Virus record (IMG/VR): IMGVR_UViG_3300007863_000252
Span: 1 to 31,831 of that record
Length of the DNA stretch: 31,831 nt
Strand: one strand, 5' to 3'
Source of the DNA: a virus
Lineage: Duplodnaviria > Caudoviricetes
Position 1 is the stretch's first letter, and the number at the start of each line of letters is the position of its first letter. Below, piece after piece: positions 1 through 7,651 of the stretch. A program made the translations under genes and the position numbers. Under the pieces are notes generated by a model, which ran no database searches, was not told the origin of the DNA, and saw only the letters and a list, made by a program, of their open reading frames with translations.

Positions 1-28
1 ATTTTATTGAGATAATGAAACAAGATAT

Positions 29-1744
29 ATGATTACTTTTGAGAAACTTAGATACAAGAACTTTCTATCTACAGGAAACACGTTTACAGAAATAGATTTT
101 GAATCTTCTCCCACTACACTTATTGTAGGACATAATGGAGCAGGTAAGTCTACTCTGTTAGACGCTCTTGCGTTTGCACTGTTCGGTAAACCCCATCGTA
201 AGATATCTAAGATGCAGTTGGTCAATAGTATCAACCAAAAGGGTACATTAGTAGAAGTTGAATTCAGAATAGGTTCTAATCGATATAAGATTGTCCGTGC
301 AATTAAACCCAACAAGTTCGAAGTTTGGGTCAATGGTAATATGGTCAATCAGAGTTCTTATGCAAAAGACTATCAGTCTATCCTTGAGAAAAACATTCTT
401 ATGTTATCGCATAAGTCATTCCATCAAATAGTTGTATTAGGTTCATCATCGTTTGTTCCTTTCATGCAGTTATCTTCGGGTGCAAGACGTGATGTCATCG
501 AAGACCTTCTAGACATTAATATGTTCAGTAAGATGAATGTCCTACTCAAAGAAAAGATTGCAACTCTTAAGGTTAACCTGACACAGAATGGTCATGAGAT
601 TGAAGTATGCAATACTAAGATTAATGCACAAAAGAGATTGATATCAGAGTTGGTATCTGTAACATCTCTACAGAGAAAACAGAAAGAAGATAAGATTGTA
701 AAGTATCAAGGTGAGATAAAAACTCTCAATGATGAGATGTTTACAATCCAAAGTGATATTGATGCAAGACTACCTAAGATAGAAAGTCGTATCACAAAGA
801 CTTCTGAAAAGAAAGAAACACTAAATACATACGCAATTGACTTTAAAGGAAAAATAAGAGATGCCAAAAGACAATCAGATTTCTTTGGAAAAAACGAACA
901 ATGTCCTACCTGTGACCAACCAGTCACGGAGGAACATCGCAAAAAGAAGATTGCAACAGCAGAGTCGAAGGAGACAACAGTTTCGAATGCGTTAGCAGAT
1001 GTTAACAATAAACTAAAAGAAACCGAAACAGTTCTATCTGAATTATTCAAGGACATGGAAAGTGTCCGTGGGTTACAGACTACAATTGCAGAACAGACCG
1101 CAACAATTCGCAGACTGAATCAAAACATTACATCTATTCAAAACGAGATTGTCGATTTAGATATAGGTGCAACTGACCTTCAGGATGCAAACTCAGACCT
1201 TGACAAACTAAGGGAAGATAAGAGTGAGTTGCAAGATACTAAGTTTAAACTATCCGAGAGTCAAGCATACCAAACGGTAACGAGTGAACTCTTAAAAGAC
1301 CAAGGTATCAAGTCAAAGATTATCAAACAGTATCTACCTGTTATCAATCAGTTGACCAATCAATACCTACAAATCCTAGATTTCTTTGTACACTTTGACC
1401 TAGACGAATCGTTCAGTGAAACCATTCGTTCAAGACATCGTGACGCATTCACTTATGATTCATTTAGTGAAGGTGAGAAACAACGTATCGATTTGTCTCT
1501 ATTATTTACATGGAGACAGATTGCCAAGATGAAGAATAGTGTCGCAACTAATCTTTTAATCCTTGACGAAACATTCGACAGTTCGTTGGATGCAGATGGT
1601 GTGGACAATCTGATGAAGATTATCTACACACTTGGTGAAGATACGAATGTCTTTGTGATATCCCATAAGGGAGAACTCGAAGATGCATCCTTCAATCGAA
1701 AGATTGAATTCGTTAAGGAAAGAAACTTTAGTAAAATAAAGTAA
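29..1744 (+). CDS. gp46: Recombination endonuclease ATPase subunit (T4 gp46, SbcC/Rad50-like)
   Basis: Walker A GHNGAGKS, central coiled coil with CPTC zinc hook, FSEGEK signature, LILDE Walker B, ISH; upstream of gp45 as in T4. Confidence 0.96.
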   Translation: MITFEKLRYKNFLSTGNTFTEIDFESSPTTLIVGHNGAGKSTLLDALAFALFGKPHRKISKMQLVNSINQKGTLVEVEFRIGSNRYKIVRAIKPNKFEVWVNGNMVNQSSYAKDYQSILEKNILMLSHKSFHQIVVLGSSSFVPFMQLSSGARRDVIEDLLDINMFSKMNVLLKEKIATLKVNLTQNGHEIEVCNTKINAQKRLISELVSVTSLQRKQKEDKIVKYQGEIKTLNDEMFTIQSDIDARLPKIESRITKTSEKKETLNTYAIDFKGKIRDAKRQSDFFGKNEQCPTCDQPVTEEHRKKKIATAESKETTVSNALADVNNKLKETETVLSELFKDMESVRGLQTTIAEQTATIRRLNQNITSIQNEIVDLDIGATDLQDANSDLDKLREDKSELQDTKFKLSESQAYQTVTSELLKDQGIKSKIIKQYLPVINQLTNQYLQILDFFVHFDLDESFSETIRSRHRDAFTYDSFSEGEKQRIDLSLLFTWRQIAKMKNSVATNLLILDETFDSSLDADGVDNLMKIIYTLGEDTNVFVISHKGELEDASFNRKIEFVKERNFSKIK

Positions 1745-1752
1745 AATAGTAC

Positions 1753-1781
1753 TTGACTTTATGTGTAAAGTTTGGTATTAT
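1753..1781 (+). promoter_or_regulatory. sigma70-type promoter
   Basis: TTGACT-N17-TATTAT with TGn extended -10; SD AGGAG at 1798-1802. Confidence 0.75.
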
Positions 1782-1809
1782 AGGTGTTCATATTAACAGG
1801 AGATATATT

Positions 1810-2487
1810 ATGGAACTAACTGATAACACGTTGAACGTTCTAAAGAACTATGCAACGATTAACCCCAACCTCGTATTCTCGGAAGGGAATACATTAAAGA
1901 CTATTTCAGTCGCACGTAATGTGTTGAGTACTACAACTGTGGATGAAACATTTCCTCAGAACTTTGGTATCTACGACCTTAACGAGTTTCTGAATGTTCT
2001 GTCCCTTGTGGACAAACCAACCTTGAAGTTTGAAAAAGACTTCGTCAAAGTCTATGACAACACAGGTAGAAGTAACGTAAAGTACTTCTTCTCTGATACA
2101 GAAATGTTGACATCGCCAGGTAAAGACATTGTCATGCCTGAAGCGGAAGTTAACTTTGTTATAGATAATGACACATTGAATAGAGTTAAGAAGGCTGCTG
2201 CTGTTCTAGGTCATACGGAGATTAGTATCTCACCAAGTGGTGGGTCTATCAATCTTGCGGTTGTTGACTCTAAGGATGCGACATCAAACGCATTCTCTAT
2301 TGATGTAGAGGGGTCTTACCCCGAAGGAGTGGACTTTAACTTTATTGTTAACGTAAACAACATTAAAGTAATCAATGAAGACTTTGCAGTTTCTATTTCC
2401 TCGAAACTTATTTCGAGATGGAAGTCACAACAGTCTGCAATTGAATACTATATTGCACTTGAAAAATCATCTAACTATGGAGAATAA
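1810..2487 (+). CDS. gp45: DNA polymerase sliding clamp (gp45)
   Basis: LKNYATIN, FGIYDLNEFL and YYIALE motifs; start moved to ATG 1810 behind AGGAG. Confidence 0.95.
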   Translation: MELTDNTLNVLKNYATINPNLVFSEGNTLKTISVARNVLSTTTVDETFPQNFGIYDLNEFLNVLSLVDKPTLKFEKDFVKVYDNTGRSNVKYFFSDTEMLTSPGKDIVMPEAEVNFVIDNDTLNRVKKAAAVLGHTEISISPSGGSINLAVVDSKDATSNAFSIDVEGSYPEGVDFNFIVNVNNIKVINEDFAVSISSKLISRWKSQQSAIEYYIALEKSSNYGE

Positions 2488-2705
2488 TGATGGCAAAAGC
2501 AGAAAATAATCACGAAGAAATCTATGAGGTTTCCAACCGAGTTGCACGTTCAACGGTTGCAGTAATTGATACTGTCGTACAACGTGGTGGATTCAAGGGA
2601 GAAGAACTCTCGACAATCGGTCAACTAAGAGATGATGCAGTACGTATCGTCCAGTTGTGCGAAACTCACCAAGGTTCTCTTGATTCAGAATCCTCAGAGA
2701 AGTAG
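2487..2705 (+). CDS. Hypothetical protein, 72 aa
   Basis: ORF coupled to gp45 stop (TAATG), GGAG SD upstream. Confidence 0.75.
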   Translation: MMAKAENNHEEIYEVSNRVARSTVAVIDTVVQRGGFKGEELSTIGQLRDDAVRIVQLCETHQGSLDSESSEK

Positions 2706-2727
2706 TAATACTTCCTGTTAATAAGGT

Positions 2728-2757
2728 TGGTGGTTATCCTAAAAACCACCACATTTT
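2728..2757 (+). terminator. Putative intrinsic terminator hairpin
   Basis: TGGTGGTT-8 nt loop-AACCACCA followed by CATTTT. Confidence 0.55.
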
Positions 2758-2759
2758 AC

Positions 2760-2788
2760 TTGACAAAACGTTTCATATAATGTACAAT
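2760..2788 (+). promoter_or_regulatory. sigma70-type promoter
   Basis: TTGACA-N17-TACAAT. Confidence 0.75.
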
Positions 2789-2823
2789 GTATATTAATAG
2801 AAACACTTTATTATGGAGACACT

Positions 2824-3759
2824 ATGTCTAAAGACTTCCTATGGGTTGAGAAATATCGACCACGACAAATCACATCAACCGTACTTTCTAAAGACCTAAA
2901 AGATACATTCCAAAAGATTGTAGACTCAGGTGAAATACCAAACATGTTATTCACGGGTACTGCGGGTACAGGTAAAACTACTATCGCACGTGCAATTTGT
3001 GATGAACTAGAACTTGACTACATTGTTATCAATGGTTCCGAAGAAGGGAACATCGATACTCTACGTGGTAAAATCAAACAGTTCGCTTCGTCCGTCTCCC
3101 TTTCTGGCGGTTACAAGGTGGTAATCCTTGACGAAGCGGACTACCTTAATCCTCAATCGACACAACCCGCATTGCGTGGTTTCATCGAAGAGTTCTCTCA
3201 GAACTGTCGATTCATTCTCACATGTAACTTCAAGAACCGTATCATCGAACCACTACACTCTCGTTGTGGTGTCTATGAGTTCAATACTACCAAGAAAGGT
3301 ATGGTAGAACTATGTGGTCAGTTCATGAAGAGAATGCAAATCATCCTAGAGGGTGAAGGTGTTGAATACAATAACGAAGTCCTTGCGGGTCTTATAAGTA
3401 AGTATGCACCCGACTGGAGACGTATACTAAATGAGGCACAACGAGGTTCAATTGGTGGTACTATCAACAGTAGTGTACTGGTGAAAGACAATGACCAATA
3501 CTCAGACCTATACAAACATCTCAAGTCACAGGACTTCAAAAAGATGAGAGGTTGGGTAGTAAACAATATGGACGTGGAACCCGCTGCAGTTTTCCGTGGT
3601 ATCTATGATACTATGGACGGTAAGGTTCAACCACAATCAATCCCCCAACTGGTATTAATACTTGCGGACTATCAACATAAGAATGCTTTTGTTGCAGACC
3701 ATGAACTTAATCTTGTTGCATGTCTTACTGAATGTATGGCAAATGTGGATTTCAAATGA
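2824..3759 (+). CDS. gp44: Clamp loader large subunit (gp44, RFC-like AAA+)
   Basis: WVEKYRP, Walker A GTAGTGKTT, ILDEAD, SRC motif. Confidence 0.97.
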   Translation: MSKDFLWVEKYRPRQITSTVLSKDLKDTFQKIVDSGEIPNMLFTGTAGTGKTTIARAICDELELDYIVINGSEEGNIDTLRGKIKQFASSVSLSGGYKVVILDEADYLNPQSTQPALRGFIEEFSQNCRFILTCNFKNRIIEPLHSRCGVYEFNTTKKGMVELCGQFMKRMQIILEGEGVEYNNEVLAGLISKYAPDWRRILNEAQRGSIGGTINSSVLVKDNDQYSDLYKHLKSQDFKKMRGWVVNNMDVEPAAVFRGIYDTMDGKVQPQSIPQLVLILADYQHKNAFVADHELNLVACLTECMANVDFK

Positions 3760-3938
3760 TGGGTAATAAATACTGGAGACTATGGGCAAAGTCCCTAGGT
3801 GAAAAAGTAGGTGAAGACGGACAAGCGGATGGTATTGCAGTCATCCGTACAATTTGGTGGGTGACCCATATGTTAACATGTTGGTTCATTATTTTAAATG
3901 CAATACAAAATCACGGATGGGGATTAATAGGACTATGA
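3756..3938 (+). CDS. Small hypothetical membrane protein (WRLWAKSLGEK type)
   Basis: ATGA overlap with gp44 stop; hydrophobic C-terminal segment; resembles small ORFs I recall from marine T4-like phages. Confidence 0.65.
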   Translation: MMGNKYWRLWAKSLGEKVGEDGQADGIAVIRTIWWVTHMLTCWFIILNAIQNHGWGLIGL

Positions 3939-4129
3939 CAACTTTTCAAAGAATAAAAACAGTGTTAGACGACAATGGATGTGTAGTACCCCTAAAGGTT
4001 ATTGCTGAAGTAATGAATATATGTATGACAGATGCAGAACATATCCACATACCCGAAACTCTAATTAGACAAGCGGATGGTTCTTATAGACCTGTCCAAA
4101 CAGATATGTTTGATGACTATGACCAATAA
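3935..4129 (+). CDS. Hypothetical protein
   Basis: ATGA overlap with previous stop, AGGA upstream; fills gap to dCMP deaminase. Confidence 0.55.
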   Translation: MTTFQRIKTVLDDNGCVVPLKVIAEVMNICMTDAEHIHIPETLIRQADGSYRPVQTDMFDDYDQ

Positions 4130-4571
4130 ATGGGATAAGGCATATATGACAACCGCCGGAAGTTTCGCACAATTATCTTCTGCGAAAAGACTTCAAGTTG
4201 GTTGTGTGATTGTAAAAGACAATCGCATCGTGTCTGTTGGGTATAATGGTATGCCAAGTGGATGGGATAATAAGTGTGAAGATAGAGTTCTGTATGATTA
4301 CGGTAATAGGTCAAGTGAAGCAAAATATCAACTAAAGACCAAACCCGAAGTACTCCATGCAGAAACAAACGCAATCGCAAAGATGGCACGTTCCCCTGAG
4401 AGTGCAGAAGATGCCAGTCTATACACCACACACGCACCCTGTTTTGATTGTTCTAAGTTGATATACCAATCAGGAATAAAGAGTGTGTTTTATAAAGAAG
4501 AGTATCGCTCAAATGATGGGTTGACATTCCTTCGTAAGTGTGGTATAATCGTTGAAAAGATGAAGGTATAA
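4113..4571 (+). CDS. cd: dCMP deaminase
   Basis: VGYNG, HAE and PCxxC (PCFDC) zinc motifs; start 4113 or 4119. Confidence 0.93.
   Translation: MTMTNKWDKAYMTTAGSFAQLSSAKRLQVGCVIVKDNRIVSVGYNGMPSGWDNKCEDRVLYDYGNRSSEAKYQLKTKPEVLHAETNAIAKMARSPESAEDASLYTTHAPCFDCSKLIYQSGIKSVFYKEEYRSNDGLTFLRKCGIIVEKMKV
4521..4549 (+). promoter_or_regulatory. sigma70-type promoter inside the dCMP deaminase 3' end, serving gp62
   Basis: TTGACA-N17-TATAAT with TGTGG extended -10. Confidence 0.8.
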
Positions 4572-4572
4572 T

Positions 4573-4950
4573 ATGAACCCCTTTGATTATGTAAACAGTG
4601 TAAATTATACCAAGAAAGATATAATGGAATCTCCTGAAGATGAGAAGTCCTATAACTCTTTCATGGTAAACCGTTCTCTATCTTACTTTAGTGATACCGT
4701 GGGTATTGCAAATGAGATGAACCGATACCACCACCTAGACTCACGTCTACAATATTCATTTCTTATAAATATAGTTAGGAAACGAAAACGTTTCTCAAAG
4801 TGGGTGAAACCCGAAGTACAGAATGATGTTGACGTGGTGAAAGAATACTATGGATATAGCAACGAAAAGGCAAGACAAGTTCTTCCTCTTCTTACACCGT
4901 CACATATAATAACATTAAGAAATAAGGTGAATAAAGGTGGAAGAAAATAA
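4573..4950 (+). CDS. gp62: Clamp loader small subunit (gp62)
   Basis: YNSFMVNRSLSYF, RKRKRFSKW, VKEYYGYSNEKA; precedes regA. Confidence 0.93.
   Translation: MNPFDYVNSVNYTKKDIMESPEDEKSYNSFMVNRSLSYFSDTVGIANEMNRYHHLDSRLQYSFLINIVRKRKRFSKWVKPEVQNDVDVVKEYYGYSNEKARQVLPLLTPSHIITLRNKVNKGGRK
4764..4771 (+). promoter_or_regulatory. T4-type late promoter motif inside gp62
   Basis: TATAAATA; could drive regA late. Confidence 0.4.
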
Positions 4951-5350
4951 TTTAATAACAACATGGTCTCCAGCGACTATGTTAGAAATCAGTCTATCGG
5001 AACCCGATGACTTTCTCAAAGTTCGTGAGACGTTGACCCGAATTGGTGTCGCATCCCGTAAAGAAAAGAAACTGTTTCAATCGTGTCATATCTTGCATAA
5101 ACAAGGTAGATACTTCATTGTGCATTTCAAAGAACTCTTTATGTTGGATGGTAAGAAAGCTAATCTAGAAGATACCGATGTTCAAAGACGTAATACGATT
5201 GCAACACTTCTTGCAGACTGGGGTCTTGTAGACATTCAGAATAAAGAAGTTGCAGTTGAATGTGCTCCTCTACGAACAATCAAAATTATCGGATTTAAAG
5301 AAAAAGAAGAATGGGAACTTTGTCCGAAGTATAGTATCGGGAATAAGTAA
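4937..5350 (+). CDS. regA: Translational repressor RegA
   Basis: DDFLKVRETLTRIGVAS, QSCHILHKQGRYFIVHFKELF; GTG start. Confidence 0.97.
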   Translation: MEENNLITTWSPATMLEISLSEPDDFLKVRETLTRIGVASRKEKKLFQSCHILHKQGRYFIVHFKELFMLDGKKANLEDTDVQRRNTIATLLADWGLVDIQNKEVAVECAPLRTIKIIGFKEKEEWELCPKYSIGNK

Positions 5351-5938
5351 ATGACTGTATTGAGTGTCTTCGAAAATAACGAAGACCGTATTCGTAATAA
5401 GAAAATCATTCGGGGAAGACTAGACGACCCTAGTTTAAACGACTGGAGTTGGACTCAAGTCATGGATATGGTGGATACTCACCGTAGAGAAGACTATGAT
5501 TGGAACCGAGAGAAACAGAGATTAGGTCTTAACGCATTCCATCAAAGAGGTTCTGCACCCCTGTTCGCAAAGGGTGTTGTAAAAGATATGCAGAAGTTCT
5601 TTATCGACAATCATAAAGATAAGTTGCATAAAGACGAGTATGAGAAAGGGCCACAACAAATCACAAACATTGCATTCTGTGGGTTTGGTCAATACTCAGG
5701 TTCATATCCGAGACACAAAGATTCAATGGACGTGTTCTTAATACAAGTCATAAACGAATGCAAAATAACAATCGGTGCTGCCGAAGAACCCTCTAATGAC
5801 GATACGGTCATGACCATGCAAGCAGGAAACTTTGTTTGGATTCCTAGAGGCACATGGCATAAACTCGAACCGACAGTTTCGAGGGTGACGTTTTCATTTG
5901 GTGTAGAAGGGGACTTTGACCCCGCAGAGTATATTTAA
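5351..5938 (+). CDS. JmjC/cupin-like 2OG-Fe(II) oxygenase
   Basis: HKDSMDVFLIQ (HxD) and WIPRGTWH distal His. Confidence 0.7.
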   Translation: MTVLSVFENNEDRIRNKKIIRGRLDDPSLNDWSWTQVMDMVDTHRREDYDWNREKQRLGLNAFHQRGSAPLFAKGVVKDMQKFFIDNHKDKLHKDEYEKGPQQITNIAFCGFGQYSGSYPRHKDSMDVFLIQVINECKITIGAAEEPSNDDTVMTMQAGNFVWIPRGTWHKLEPTVSRVTFSFGVEGDFDPAEYI

Positions 5939-6069
5939 CCCTGTCCTCTATACTTCTTGAAACTTCTCTTTTTAGACTTGTTCATAGTCGCCATTGATTT
6001 GGGACTACGACCAATAGAAGTACCTTTCTTCGTAGGTTCGTGTGTAGATTTAAATGCGTTTTTCGCCAT
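5935..6069 (-). CDS. Small very basic protein, 44 aa (MAKNAFKSTHEPTKKGTSIGRSPKSMATMNKSKKRSFKKYRGQG), missing from ORF track
   Basis: Translated by hand; fills the intergenic gap; GTAAATA late-like motif just upstream on the minus strand; YRGQG C-terminus recalled from marine T4-like phages. Confidence 0.75.
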   Translation of the reverse strand: MAKNAFKSTHEPTKKGTSIGRSPKSMATMNKSKKRSFKKYRGQG

Positions 6070-6152
6070 GTTATTTACCAGTTTGTTAAAATAAAGTCCT
6101 TTTTTTTACTATAGGGGTTGACTTTTAAAATATAATACTTATATATAGTATA

Positions 6153-6207
6153 GTAATGCCGAATAATCGGGTTACATTAATCTTGCTATAATCATAGGAG
6201 AAATGAT
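6153..6207 (+). promoter_or_regulatory. ROSE-like RNA thermometer in hsp20 5' UTR
   Basis: UCUUGCUAU (6181-6189) pairs with AUAGGAGA (6194-6201) with bulged G6185 opposite the SD; upstream hairpin 6153-6175. Confidence 0.7.
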
Positions 6208-6618
6208 ATGACAAAAATAGGCAACACGCTATTCCCACGTGCATCTTTTATTGGGTTTGACCACTTGTTCAGTGAACTTGAACACGCAACTATTCACGCA
6301 CACGACCATTATCCACCTCACAATATTGTGAAGGTTACGGATGATACGTTCATGATTGAAGTTGCAGTCGCTGGATTCGGTAAAGGAGAAGTCACAGTCG
6401 AACAGAAGGAACGTTCTGTTATGATTGCGGGGGAACATAAAAGTAATGGAAGAGAAGTTATACATCGTGGTATTAGTACCAAGAAGTTTAAACGCACCTT
6501 CCGTCTATCCGAGTATGTCCAAGTAAACGGAGCAACTCTCAAGGACGGTATTCTTGCAATAGTATTGAAGTTAGAAATCCCCGAAGAGAAGCGTCCTCGA
6601 CAAATTAAAATTACTTAA
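6208..6618 (+). CDS. hsp20: Small heat shock protein (Hsp20/IbpA-like)
   Basis: IGFD, YPPHNI, EVAVAGF, HRGIS, GIL, IPEEKRPRQIKI. Confidence 0.96.
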   Translation: MTKIGNTLFPRASFIGFDHLFSELEHATIHAHDHYPPHNIVKVTDDTFMIEVAVAGFGKGEVTVEQKERSVMIAGEHKSNGREVIHRGISTKKFKRTFRLSEYVQVNGATLKDGILAIVLKLEIPEEKRPRQIKIT

Positions 6619-6634
6619 TTTAAACGAGGAAGAA

Positions 6635-6748
6635 ATGAAGCAGTACATTGTGGAACGTATAGATGCGTTATACTGTGTTGCAGTTATTGGAGGAACCATC
6701 GCACTTATGGCGATTGCGTTACATCCACTCACTCAACCACTTGCATAA
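6635..6748 (+). CDS. Small single-TM peptide, 37 aa, missing from ORF track
   Basis: GAGGA SD; MKQYIVERIDALYCVAVIGGTIALMAIALHPLTQPLA; followed by hairpin. Confidence 0.6.
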   Translation: MKQYIVERIDALYCVAVIGGTIALMAIALHPLTQPLA

Positions 6749-6765
6749 AACATCTAAAAACTAGG

Positions 6766-6798
6766 TGTGGGGGGATTAATTTCCCCCTACATATTATT
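6766..6798 (+). terminator. Putative terminator hairpin
   Basis: TGTGGGGGGA-loop-TCCCCCTACA then AT-rich tail. Confidence 0.6.
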
Positions 6799-7599
6799 AT
6801 GATAGCATACCAAATAGTAGATTTCAATAGTAAAGTTTCTGTAGAGTACAGTCGTATCTCTCAGGAATCCTTTGCACCCGCAATTGAAGCGGGTATAATT
6901 TCAGAAATAATCCCTGTTCAATGTGTAACACCATTTACCTTATGGCAATATGAGGACGATTTCAATTGGGATAAGACCCTAGTTGAAATGGAAAAGAAGG
7001 GTGAAGGAACTATAACACCTACTGAACGTAGTGGAAATATCTCTCATTGGTTGTTAATGAAACAACAAGGTGAGACAGATGAACGTTTCCTTATCTTAGA
7101 ACATGACGCATATCTAACAGACTTGGGTATGTTTGAGAAGTGTATTGATAGAATGCAACAACATGATTTATGTTATGCAAACCTAGGACTCTTCATGTCA
7201 TGTTATTCTTATAACAAGCATACTGCAAACTGGTGTTGGGAATTACTTACCGAACATCAATTACCAATCAACTGCGGCCCTTATGGTGTTGCAGAGAGAA
7301 TGTTCAAGACGTATGCAGATAACTATCTTGCGAAGAGAAATTATCTGAATAAACACTTTACCTACATGACCCATTATAAAGACATGGAACACATAGGGTT
7401 TGGTAAAACTTCACAAGATATGTTCAAGACATATAACTTCAGACCCGAAGACTCAAATGACCCCCATCCTGAGTTCAGAATGCCTTCGACCCAAGTGGTA
7501 AGTAAGTCACTAAAGGTCACACAGAACCACCACAACTATGATGAAATATTCATAGAAAATCCTTGGAAAAGAACTAAAGCTTTTAAAGTTATTCCTTGA
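6799..7599 (+). CDS. Glycosyltransferase family 25-like protein
   Basis: TERSGNISHWLL and FLILEHDA resemble GT25 ExxCxxSH and LEDD motifs. Confidence 0.5.
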   Translation: MIAYQIVDFNSKVSVEYSRISQESFAPAIEAGIISEIIPVQCVTPFTLWQYEDDFNWDKTLVEMEKKGEGTITPTERSGNISHWLLMKQQGETDERFLILEHDAYLTDLGMFEKCIDRMQQHDLCYANLGLFMSCYSYNKHTANWCWELLTEHQLPINCGPYGVAERMFKTYADNYLAKRNYLNKHFTYMTHYKDMEHIGFGKTSQDMFKTYNFRPEDSNDPHPEFRMPSTQVVSKSLKVTQNHHNYDEIFIENPWKRTKAFKVIP

Positions 7600-7624
7600 C
7601 ATTGTCTGCGGGGTAGTATATAAT
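7596..7624 (+). promoter_or_regulatory. sigma70-type promoter for DNA polymerase
   Basis: Perfect TTGACA-N17-TATAAT. Confidence 0.85.
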
Positions 7625-7651
7625 GGGTACAAATGAAAAAAGGAATATAAT

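Noticed and set aside
1753-1809. TTG-start extension of gp45
   Set aside because: The TTG is the -35 box of the promoter; SD supports ATG 1810
6118-6146. sigma70 promoter for hsp20
   Set aside because: TTGACT is present but no clean -10 at 17 nt spacing; AT-rich context is ambiguous
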